Source of the DNA: Octopus sinensis
Lineage: Eukaryota
Direction of reading: 5' to 3'
Assembly: GCF_006345805.1 (NCBI RefSeq)
Contig: NC_043010.1
Span: 12,276,001 to 12,340,000, forward strand
DNA length: 64,000 nucleotides
The notes beneath the pieces were generated by a model. It saw nothing but the letters and a program-made list of their open reading frames with translations, had not been told where the DNA came from and did no database searches. The number at the start of each line of letters is the position of its first letter. Position 1 is the stretch's first letter. The position numbers and the translations under genes were made by a program. Shown piece by piece: positions 25,922-37,332 of the stretch.

Positions 25922-26476
25922 ATTGTGCAACCTAAATATAGTAAAATAACTAAAATGTAGAATTAGAAGTTTTCTAACAACCGCTAGGAAAATCTGAAAG
26001 GATTAAACAAAAAAAAAAAATTGTCAGCTCAAACTTAAAATACACACTTTTAAGCCGAATGCAAAAAGTATAATATAAAATCTGTATCTGCTGAGTGCTG
26101 CACTACACATAATGAAATTGGCTGCCTCTTAAGCCTATCCATTCCACTAGCTGCCAAACAATATCATTACAATATAAATACCATCATAATAATGTTGACA
26201 AAAGCCACATGTTCGTCATTTTGGAGAACAAAAAAAAAATATATTCCTAAAATTACTACGCTTCTAAATGATGCTTTATAAAACAGAACGGAAATAAATA
26301 AACATTGCTTGTGATATTATACACTACCCTGACTGAATGCATTACTGACTAAAACAATGTTGTTAACAAGCAGATAGTCAAACTTGCTCGTTTTAGCCAA
26401 GTTATACACACACAAAGACATAGACACACACACACACACAACAACATATATATATAAAGATATATATATATGTGTG

Positions 26477-26511
<35 letters not shown>

Positions 26512-26797
26512 GAATGTATAGTGTGTATATATATAGTAATATATTGTTTGTGTGTGTATATATATATATAATATATATATATACATATACATATATATAT
26601 ACATACAAATATATATGCATACATATATATATGATACAAATATATATCATTACATATATATATACAATATATTACATATATATACATATAATATATATAA
26701 TACCATATATATATACATACATATATATATACATACATATATATATTATACATACATATAATAATCATACATATATATATATATGTATATATATGTG

Positions 26798-26850
<53 letters not shown>

Positions 26851-26854
<4 letters not shown>

Positions 26855-27020
26855 AGAGTTTATGTAAAAAACAAAAGACGAAGACAGGTGGTGTACAAAA
26901 CAAACAGATGTATTAGTATAATGCTCAGGAGTAGAAAAAGTCATTTACATTTCGAGCCTACGCACTTCTACAGAAAGGGACACAGAAAAAAACAAGGAGA
27001 GAAAAAAAGGAGAGAAAATA
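26851..27020 (-). mobile_element. Short Penelope-like-element terminal fragment in (TA)n; homologue at 38224-38345
   Basis: The two copies share GGGAGA.TTTA.G.AAAA.ACAAAAGA.GAAGACAGGTGG. The minus strand carries a degenerate CUG.AGA..GCUC-GAAA motif. Confidence 0.5.
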
Positions 27021-27841
27021 TGTGTGTGTGTGTGTGTGTGTATTAATATGGAGCTAATAATTCACAAGAAAATACTTGCAAGGATATGATTGACTTAATT
27101 ATTATCTTTGGATGGTTGATTTTTGTAGTTATTATCAGTGTAATTTGGCAAATTAAATAAGAATTTTGATTGTTATTTCCAACAGGTAGACATACTCAGT
27201 ATGTCCTTTGATTAATTTTAATCCTTCAGCTATTATATATGTATTAATATATTTTTTTTTTCTGAATTTGCATAAATGTGTATAGAATATGTCAGCTGAA
27301 TAAAGTTACATGTTCTGGTTTTTAAACTTTTATTATTGTATTTTAAAGAAATTTTTTTTACAATGTTGAAGTGTGTTAAACATTAAAAAAAAATATTTTA
27401 TAATGTTCATAAAGTTTAGTTAGTTCTTTCATACGTTTGTAGTAATCATCAGATTTCAAAATGTATTGACTGACAGTTGAGTTGAGCGCTTGACAACTAT
27501 AGTAAAATGACTGACTTCTTTTTAGACCTTTCAGAAGGCTCTAAGAAGCAGAAACATGAAAAGATTTGGATTACACCAATCCAAATCTCTGAACTAGTAA
27601 ATTAATTAATCTTGAAAGAATACAAAGCGCACAGTTGCTCTTAGTAGGATTTGAACTCATAACATAAAAATCCAGAACAAGGAAAGCAAGGCTTTTTGCC
27701 CTACAGTCTTAAACACTATCGATTCACCACATTGTAGTTTGTTAATACCCAAGCAAAATGCTCCCTTGACACCAGACATGTATAAATGAACACTCCCATT
27801 GTTATACCACATGGCCAAAGATTTAGATAGGTTAATTAAAT

Positions 27842-27888
<47 letters not shown>

Positions 27889-28736
27889 TACTAATATAGG
27901 ATGAAGTTTTTTCTGTACAGAAAAAAATTCCATCAAGAAATGTGGCAGCATATTAAAATACCTTTACGGTTAAAATTATAAACAACTTATAAGTAAGGGC
28001 TAAAGAAAATTATTTCAAAGCCAATATGCTGATAACAGACTATTAAATCTTCAACAATTTCCACATATAATTTACTCGCTACAGCAAAAACCGAAGAACT
28101 GAAGTCGGGCAAGCTGGCCGTTAGAATTTTTAAAAAATATATATATATATATATGTATATAACATCTAATTACATGATTAGATATTCTCATGTATTTTAA
28201 ATATTATTAACAGTGTTCTCTTTTATAATTTTCATTTATTTACTTCTGGTACGTTTGCTTGACATAGGAAATTTCTTTTTTTACTGTTCCAGTGACATTC
28301 CCAAATTTTCTTTCTTTTATTCTTGTACTGATGTCTCTATTTGGATTGTGGCACTGCTGGACCACAGCCTTCAGGGAGTTGTAGCTGATTATTGATTCCC
28401 AGTACTTCGTCTGATTCTTATTTTATTGATCTCTGTTTATCGAGTGGCTAAATCCTGAATAAATAAATACCACAGTGTATTCTTCTTTTGAGGAGTTGAA
28501 TTATCAGCAGTCACTTGCCATTATATACAACCACTCATATGCAACCATAAATGCACCCACAAATGCACATACGCCACATTCATACATATGCACAGATGCA
28601 CATGCACACATGCATGAATTTACACACACACACGTGCACACACATATATATTTATATATACATATATATACATATATACATACATACATATTAATAAATA
28701 TACATACATACACACATATATATTTACATACATATA

Positions 28737-28773
<37 letters not shown>

Positions 28774-28825
28774 CAATAATAAATCTCTGAACGAGATGTA
28801 AACAGTAACTGCTCGACAACATAAA

Positions 28826-28911
28826 GTATACTAGCCATCTCAATATGGCTAACTACTAAGCTACAGTAACACCCACCTTAGTGGTTAGCCATATTGAGAT
28901 GGCTAGTATAC
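28826..28911. repeat. 35-bp inverted repeat with 16-nt loop
   Basis: GTATACTAGCCATCTCAATATGGCTAACTACTAAG (28826-28860) pairs with 28877-28911 with one mismatch. Confidence 0.9.
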
Positions 28912-29539
28912 ATTATATTATATATATATATATATATAATATATAACAAAAATCCGTATATATATACACGTCCAACCCATGCTAGCATGGAAAACGGACG
29001 CTAAATGATGATGATGATGATGATGATATATATATATATATATACACACACACATACATATATCTTATATATATAATACTATATATGATGATATATTATA
29101 TATAAGAAACAGGCTTCAGTGCAGTTTGTATCAACCATATTTTATGCGCAAGGTTTAACTAAGTCTGTGGCAATGGTTGAAGGCATTCCGTAATGTGCTA
29201 CACAGAAGGATTGAACTCAGAAGCATTTGGTTATAGAATGAGCTTCTTAACATTTCAACCAAATGCTGTTTATAGATATAGCATTCAAAAACTCTATGCT
29301 ATAATTCTACTTTTTGTCTACATTTTAACCTCCAAAAATCTTTATAAAATTATTTAGTGACTTGAAAACAACTTGCAGTCAATCAAATACTTCACAAATC
29401 AGGCACCAATATTTTTTAAGGGTTATCAAGAGAGAATACATACCATTTTGGGGCTTTCCTCAAGCCCTGCCTACTAAATCAAATGGCTAGTATTTGATAT
29501 TATTTGTTTTTTCATTTCAGGTTTATCAACACAATTCAC

Positions 29540-29955
29540 AGATCATTTCGGTTTGAACGGCAGTTTTTTCTAGCGGTGTCATATGAAATTGTCACCCATA
29601 ATTATGACACTAGTATTGATCTATTGCATTTCAATCTGTTTTAGGGTTAGGGTTAGTTAGGGAAAGGGTATTTTTTTCTTCAGAAATGTAAATAAACCCA
29701 ATCTGTTTCTTAAACAAGGGACATATTCATACGGCACAGAATGTTTTCACCTCAAATAGACATCATTGATTGGTTGAAATTGCAGAAATTGAAGAAAAAA
29801 AACAACAAATATCTTACAAACTATAGAATTTTCTCAATAAAGCCAAGAGGAAAAGATGTTTTATAAACACATTCTACCAGTATACGAAGTTTAAAAGTGT
29901 TTAGTTACGTGGAAATTATTAAAAAATAAAACTGCCGTTCAAACCGAAAAGATCC
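29540..29955. mobile_element. Non-autonomous DNA transposon (MITE), 28-bp TIRs, 8-bp TSD, internal TTAGGG repeats; copy 1
   Basis: The TIR GGATCTTTTCGGTTTGAACGGCAGTTTT occurs at both ends (2 mismatches on the left). The TSD CAATTCAC lies at 29532-29539 and 29956-29963. A second copy starts at 41750. Confidence 0.85.
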
Positions 29956-30540
29956 CAATTCACCTCTCCCCAATCATGCTAAACTTACATGGAAACCAAA
30001 GTGCTTTCAATATGTTGCTGCTATAACATGAGTAATCTGCAGAATAAGGTGTTTAGTTCCATGATATTTAAATCCATTCTCTTGCTCACGGAAATCTATC
30101 ATTAGTAACAAAGTTAGTAAGAAATATAGCTGCATGGTAAAGATGTTTTCTCTGCAGCTGCTAGCTATATGGATATGGGTTCAATGACATGGCACAGCAG
30201 CTTGAACAAGTTCTTTCTCTCATAGCCTCATGACTTTGTGAGCGGAATTTAGCCAACCAAAATTGCATGTAACCTTGCATCATCATCATCATTATCATCA
30301 TCATCACTACCACAACCACCACCATCACATCATTATCATCATCATCATCATTATGATAAGCTGTCCACTGACCTCAACAATACTCTTAGGAGATAGAACA
30401 CTGATGCCCCACCCCAACCCACCACCCACCACATCCCCCCCCAACCCACCACCCACCACATCCCCCCAACAGGATCCTTGCAGCCTAGGATGAAAAACTT
30501 TGGAGGAGTGCAATCTAGTTTCCATACTGTGATATGTGAT

Positions 30541-30578
<38 letters not shown>

Positions 30579-30970
30579 GGGCGCGGGAGTGGCTGTGTGG
30601 TAAGTAGCTTGCTAACCAACCACATGGTTCCGGGTTCAGTCCCACTGCGTAGAATCATGGGCAAGGTCTTCTGCTATAGCCCCGGGCCGACCAATGCTTT
30701 GTGAGTGGATTTGGTAGATGGAAACTGAAAGAAGCCTGTCGTATATATGTTATATATATATGTATGTGTGTCTGTGTTTGTCCCCTAGCATTGCTTGACA
30801 ACCGATGCTGGTGGTTTACGTCCCGTCCCTTAGCAGTTGCGGCAAATAGACCGATAGAATAAGTACTGGGCTTACAAAGAATAAGTCCCGGGATCGATTT
30901 GCTCGACTAAAGGCGGTGCTCCAGCATGGCCACAGTCAAATGACTGAAACAAGTAAAAGAGTAAAAGAGT
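30579..30970 (+). mobile_element. SINE family A, full length, in (TA)n
   Basis: Homology to family A. Confidence 0.9.
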
Positions 30971-31877
30971 ATATATATATATATATATATATCCAGAATT
31001 GCATATGTTTGTGTACATAAGTCTCCGTATGCATGTGTGTGTGCCGCTGTGTGTGTGTGTGTGCATGTGTGTGTATATGTGCATGTGTGTGCATGTGCAT
31101 ATGCAAGTGAGTGTGTATGTATCATTTGCTAATTATATCATTAAAAGTTGTAAGCGCAGATAAAAAAAAAGCCACTGAAGCTGTACTCCCAAACAAGACA
31201 ACTTCTGGTATTTGTTCTGTCCGAGTTGTTCAGATAGATGTCCCTTTATCACTTTTACTGCAGTAAATGCAGCAAACCGGCAATTGGTTTATTGGAAAGC
31301 TGTCATCAATGACACTATTGTTTACAAAATACTACATGAAATAAAACCAAAAAAAGTACAAACTCACATATTGAAACCCGGATGTGGATTTTTGTAGTGA
31401 TAATATCACAGCTTTGGTCTATTCTTAATATTTTAAATGAGATACATACTTCAGTAAACAAAGTGAAAACAAACTCCATTATTAGAAATGTTATATTTTC
31501 AATTTTTTTCTTTATCCAGCAAAAAAAGTTAGCTGCTGAGAATTGAAAAGTGGTAGCAAACAAAAACTATCAACTCTATCGTATTGATAAAAGCATTGCT
31601 AACTTCTATCACAAAGTGATCAAAACACAAGACACAAACAACAGATAGAAGCATAGTAATGTATATCACTCAACAGTTTTTTTTTTAAAACAGACCTACT
31701 CTTGTCATATACATAGAAAGAAGAAAACAAAAGCATGAATTTCACTGGTGGTTCATAATTTAGTTGTTTTCAACATCTGTTTCATTAAGAATAAATATAA
31801 TTAATTCCATAATTATGTAACTGATATATAATTAATTAACATAAATTAAATTAATTTAAAGCAATATTTATCCCAAA

Positions 31878-32108
31878 GGTGGCGAGCTGGCAGAAGTGTT
31901 AGCACGCCGGGCGAAATACGTAGCTGTATTTCGTCTGCCGTTACGTTCTGAGTTCAAATTCCACCGGGGTCGACTTTGCCTTTCATCCTTTCGGGGTCGA
32001 TTAAATAAGTACCAGTTACGCACTGGGGTCGATATAATCGACTTAATCCGTTTGTCTGTCCTTGTTTGTCCTCTCTGTGTTTAGCCCCTTGTGGGTAGTA
32101 AAGAAATA
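31878..32108 (+). mobile_element. SINE family B (Meta-domain-like), intact with 15-bp TSD
   Basis: GTCGACTTTGCCTTTCATCCTTTCGGGGTCGAT..AGTACCAG resembles the MetaSINE central domain. The TSD AATATTTATCCCAAA lies at 31863-31877 and 32109-32123. Confidence 0.9.
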
Positions 32109-33168
32109 AATATTTATCCCAAATTAGCAGGAATATTACGGTAGGATCACACAGACCCCCCCCATCCAACTATTTTCTTCCTCAAAAATTTTTGAAAATA
32201 TTACCATAGGACACTGTCCTTTTACCAATATACAAAATGAACTCACGCTGCTACATCACTAATTATGAATTATTTCATAACTAGTTTATATACAAAGCAA
32301 GACAGGGGGAAATCAAATATATTCATACACACACAGAAAGCACACATGTGCACATACAAGCACATATACATATGCATAGAAAAAAAGGTTACACAACCAC
32401 AAATGCATAAACTTGTACATAACCATGAAAACATATAAAATGGGGACAGTAAAAATACAGTAGAATCACACAGACCCCTCATCCAAATAGATTCTTCCTC
32501 AATATTACCATAGGGCACTGTCCTTTTACCAATATACAATATGAATTCACACCACTACACCCCTAATATATGCACTGCTAACCTATGAGACTGCTTCTCC
32601 AGCAGGGAAAGTTTGTGTGTGCATGGGGACACTTTACTAGCTAGAAATAGCAGCCAATACTCTCTCAAATTACACTCTACTATCCTGAATAAGAGAGAGG
32701 GCATATTTGATTATGTATTACTAGCTGGTCGGTTTGTAGCTGATTCCAAAGATGTGCATTTAGCTTTTTGATCAGTTGAATTCTTACACAAGAAATAGAT
32801 GAGTAAGTGGCTGAGTATTCCGTAGACATGTGTACCATTAACTTAATTTTAATGCTGAATTAAAGTAACAGAATGAGACAAGGCCAGATGCTTGAATTAC
32901 AGGTATAATCCTGAGAGAGAGGGAGGAGAGGGGAAACAGAGTGGGGTTGAGAGGAAGAGAGTAAAGGTGAGAGAGAGTAAAGGTGAGACAGAGTACAGGT
33001 GAGAGAGAGAGCAAGACAAAGAGAGAAGAATTGACCTAATGCTGGACAGAAACTTTATTTATCAATCCCCAATAAAGATGAAAAGCAAAGTTGACCATGG
33101 TGGCATTTGAACTCTGATTGCTGAGATCCAGAATGAACATTGCAAGGTATTCTACCCAACATTCAAAT

Positions 33169-33695
33169 GTGGAGGCACATGGCCTAGTGGTTAGAGCAGC
33201 GTACTCATGGTCGAGGGATCATGAGTTCAAATCTCAGACCGGGCGATGTGTGTGTTTATGAGCGAAACACCTAAGCTCCAAGCGTCTCTGGAAGAAGGTA
33301 ATGGCGAAACTTCTGCTGATTCTTTTGCCACAACTTTCTGTCACTCTTTCCTCCTGCATCTTGCAGCTCATCTGCGACAGACCGGCGTCCCATCCAGGTG
33401 GGGAACCTATATGCCATGGAAACCGGGAAACGTAAACACACCAGCATCGGTTGTCAAACGATGTCGGGGAGACAAACACAGATACACAAACACACACCAC
33501 ACACATATATATATATACATATACATACATACGACAGGCTTCTTTCAGTTTCCGTCTACCAAATCCACTCACAATGCATTGGTCGGCCCGAGGCTATAGT
33601 AGAAGACACTTGCCCAAGGTGCCACACAGTGGGACTGAACCTGGAACCATGCAGTTCGTAAGCAAGCTACTTACCACACAGCCACTCCTATGCCT
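33169..33695. mobile_element. Fused SINE family D (+, 33169-33430) and family A (-, 33428-33695)
   Basis: The family D body ends at GGAAACCGGGAAAC and continues directly into the family A sequence GTAAACACACC. Both 3' ends are missing. Confidence 0.8.
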
Positions 33696-33989
33696 ATGAT
33701 GTATAATCAATGAGTTCAAAATTGTTTGGTATGTGTCATGGCACCATTTTTATGTGCTCACTCCCCCTAAGTTTAGAACCTTGTTACAACTCTGACATCA
33801 ACTCCAGTATTTGACAGGTACTTTATTTTATCGACCCCAGTGAGGATAAAAGGTAAATTTGACCTCAGCGGGATTTGAACTCAGATTGTTAAGAGTCTGA
33901 AGAAATGCCACTAAACATTTCGAAATTACCTCAGTTCATATGTTCACCTACTCTGTTTAACTCCTTCCTACATGATTTTCCCATATCTC

Positions 33990-34240
33990 TACAAAATATA
34001 CGTCTTCAGCTGGCAATGACATCATAGTCTCTTCTTCCCATCATTCCCAGACACAGCTTCACAACCTATCCAACCCCTCCATCAACCATCTAGAAACATG
34101 GCTTCAAACAACAGAGCCAAAAGTAGCATCTACCAAATTCACCACCTCTCTCTTCAGCCACTAACATCAAAGAATATTAGATACAGTCAACCAGCACACT
34201 CAATAATTTTAGCATACATCACACACCAAAGACAAAGATA
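33990..34240 (+). mobile_element. Degenerate LINE reverse-transcriptase fragment
   Basis: GNDIIVSSSH..LHNL..INHLETWLQ..VASTKFTTSLF resembles the sequence after the YADD motif of non-LTR RTs. Confidence 0.4.
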
Positions 34241-34289
34241 TCGTGTACAAAACAGATACCAGCATGGCTGTATCTTTTCATCTTTTTTT

Positions 34290-34684
34290 ATCTTTTACTT
34301 GTTTCAGTCATTTGACTGCGGTCATGCTGGAGCACCACCTTTAATCGAGCAACTCGACCCCGGGACTTATTCTTTTGTAAGCCCAGTACTTATTCTATCG
34401 GTCTTTTTTGCCGAACCGCTAAGTGACGGGGACATAAACACACCAGCATCGGTTGTCAAGCAATGCTGGGGGGACAAACACAGACACACAAACACACACA
34501 TGCATATATATACATATATACGACGGGCTTCTTTCAGTTTCCGTCTACCAAATCCACTCACAAGGCTTTGGTCGGCCCAAGGCTATAGTAGAAGACACTT
34601 GCCCAAGGTGCCACGCAGTGGGACTGAACCCGGAACCATGTGGTTGGTAAACAAGCTACTTACCACACAGCCACTCCTGCGCCT
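34290..34684 (-). mobile_element. SINE family A, full length
   Basis: Homology to family A. Confidence 0.9.
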
Positions 34685-35005
34685 ATGGTTAAGTTGTTCA
34701 CTTCATAACCATGTAGTAGTTCTAGTTCGATCCCACTACATGGTACCTTGATCATGTATCTTTTACTATAACCAGTAGTTGGCCAATACCTCATGAATAG
34801 AATTCAGTAGACTTGAACTGTATTTATATAAGATAGCATACAGTATATGGAATTTTATGTGAATTAATAATACTTATGAACAGTGGAAGAGAATATAATT
34901 GCTTAATGCTTAATATTATTTAAATCTGATCTTGTCAATTGCATATGATAACTTGGACCTGTTTCTGACTTATTAAACCTCTTCAGCAAAGTATAACAGT
35001 CTCTG

Positions 35006-35206
35006 TACTCTTATTTGTTTCAGTCATTTGACTGTAGCCATGCTGGAGCACTGCCTTTAGTCAAGCAAATCAACCCCAGGACTTATTCTTTGTAAGCCCA
35101 GTACTTATTCTATCTGTCTCTTTTGCTGAACCGCTAAGTTACGGGGACGTAAACACACCAGCATCGGTTGCCAAGCGATGTCAGGGGTACAAACACAGAC
35201 ACACAA

Positions 35207-35264
<58 letters not shown>

Positions 35265-35840
35265 GAAGCACTCTGTCGGTTACGACGACGAGGGTTCCGG
35301 TTGATCCGATCAACGGAACAGCCTGCTCGTGAAATTAACGTGTAAGTGGCTGAGCACTCCACAGACACGTGTACCCTTAACATAGTTCTCGGGGATATCC
35401 AGCGTGACACAGAGAGTGACAAGGCCGGCCCTTTGAAATACAGGTACAACAGAAACAGGAAGTAAGAGTGAGAGAAAGTTGTGGTGAAAGAGTACAGCAG
35501 GGATCACCACCATCCCCTGCCGGAGCCTCGTGGAGCTTTAGGTGTTTTCGCTCAATAAACACTCACAACGCCCGGTCTGGGAATCGAAACCGCGATCCTA
35601 CGACCGCGAGTCCGCTGCCCTAACCACTGGGCCATTGCGCCTCCACATATATATATATATGTATGTATACATATATACGATGGGCTTCTTTCAGTTTCTG
35701 TCTACCAAATCCACTCACAAGGCTTTGGTCAGCCCAAGGCTATAGTAAAAGACACTTTGCCAAGGTGCCATGCAGTGGGACTGAACCTGGAACCATGCAG
35801 TTTGCAAGCAAGCTACTTACCACACAGCCACTCCTACGCC
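35006..35840 (-). mobile_element. SINE family A with a family C SINE nested in its (TA)n spacer
   Basis: The family A 3' half (35006-35260) and 5' half (35647-35840) flank the insertion. Confidence 0.88.
35262..35646 (-). mobile_element. tRNA-derived SINE family C, full length, CpG-rich (young)
   Basis: Head GTGGAGGCGCAATGGCCCAGTGGTTAGGGCAGCGGACTCGCGG..GGTTTCGATTCCC (A and B boxes). Related pieces lie at 41619-41741, ~39970-40305, ~49660-49980 and ~16950-17150. Confidence 0.88.
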
Positions 35841-36157
35841 TGTAGTTACCAAATTAAAGATAAGAGAATCACTGCATTGATTTATGATATTGTAGGAGAG
35901 CAGACATCACACATTTCCAAAAAAGCTTAGGGAAATTAACCTGGGGATGTCATCCATATTAAAAATAACAGTTAAGTCATTGCCATCATACATCTTGTAG
36001 CTTTACTTATCTCAGTTTTATCTAATGTCAATCAGGGTAATCTGGAAAGTGATTAACGCTTTGAATTATATCAAAATCTCTAAAACTATAATGCAGTTTT
36101 GCAAACATTCAGCAACAATTATTTTCTTTCAAATTTTTTGGCTAATTTTTCTTATAT

Positions 36158-36384
36158 TACTCTTTTTTACTCTTTTTACTTGTTTCAGTCATTTGACTGC
36201 GGCCAAGCTGGACCACCACCTTTTAGTCGAGGAAATCGACCCCGGAACTTATTCTTTGTAAGCCTAGTACTTATTCTATTGGTCTCTTTTGCCAAACTGC
36301 TAAGTTACGGCGACGTAAACACACCAGCATCGGTTGTCAAGTGATGTTGGGGGGACAAACACAGACACCCATACACACACACAA

Positions 36385-36430
<46 letters not shown>

Positions 36431-37332
36431 GACGGGCTTCTTTCAGTTTCCATCTACCAAATCTACTCACAAGGCTTTGGCCAGCCCGAGGCTAGAGTAG
36501 AAGACACTTGCCCAAGGTGCCACACAGTGGGACTGAACCCGGAACCATGTGGTTGGTAAGCAAGCTACTTACCACACAGCCACTTACCTATTTTTATTTT
36601 GTTAGCCCTTTTCCCCATTTCTCGTAACTTTGAAAGGATTTTTTTCTTTTTGTCAGCTTTCTGTAAACAATATGTCTTTGAATATTCATGTGTCACATTT
36701 CTGTAAATAATATTGGCTAGGTCCTTTAAAAACTCTTTTTGTTAAACAATTTCCAGTGGTTTGTGCGAGACATACCACTTCTCTTAGTTATATTCCTAAG
36801 TAACAAGCCAGTGATGGGGTTTCCCTGTAGTTATTCAGTCAGCTAGAAACAGCACCTGAATTTCCCTCAAAATCACTCTTTATCATCTCAGGCAAAAAAA
36901 AAAAAAAAAAATAGGCGCAGGAGTGGCTGTGTGGTAAGTAGCTTGCTAACCAACCACATGGTTCTGGGTTCAGTCCCACTGCTTGGCACCTTGGGCAAGT
37001 GTTTTCTGCTATAGCCCCGGGCCAACCAATGCCTTGTGAGTGGATTTGGTAGACGGAAACTGAAAGAAGCCTGTCGTATATATGTATATATATATGTGTG
37101 TGTGTGTATATGTTTGTGTGTCTGTGTTTGTCCCCCTAGCATTGCTTGACAACCGATGCTGGTGTGTTTACGTCCCCGTCACTTAGCGGTTTGGCAAAAG
37201 AGACCGATAGAATAAGTACTGGGCTTACAAAGAATAAGTCCCGGGGTCGATTTGCTCGACTAAAAGGCGGTGCTCCAGCATGGCCGCAGTCAAATGACTG
37301 AAACAAGTAAAAGAGAAAAGAGTAAAAGAGAG
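36158..37332. mobile_element. Head-to-head pair of full-length family A SINEs (- 36158-36583; + 36914-37332)
   Basis: Highly similar copies in inverted orientation, ~330 bp apart. Confidence 0.9.

Noticed and set aside
27421-27456. CUGAUGA...GAAA on the minus strand
   Set aside because: Stems I and III do not form.
34098-34751. 217-aa plus-strand ORF
   Set aside because: It is a chance join of a decayed LINE fragment and an antisense SINE.
35570-35646. tRNA-like sequences with A and B boxes (also heads of families A, B and D)
   Set aside because: They are SINE heads continuing into repeat bodies; no complete cloverleaf or terminator as an independent tRNA gene.
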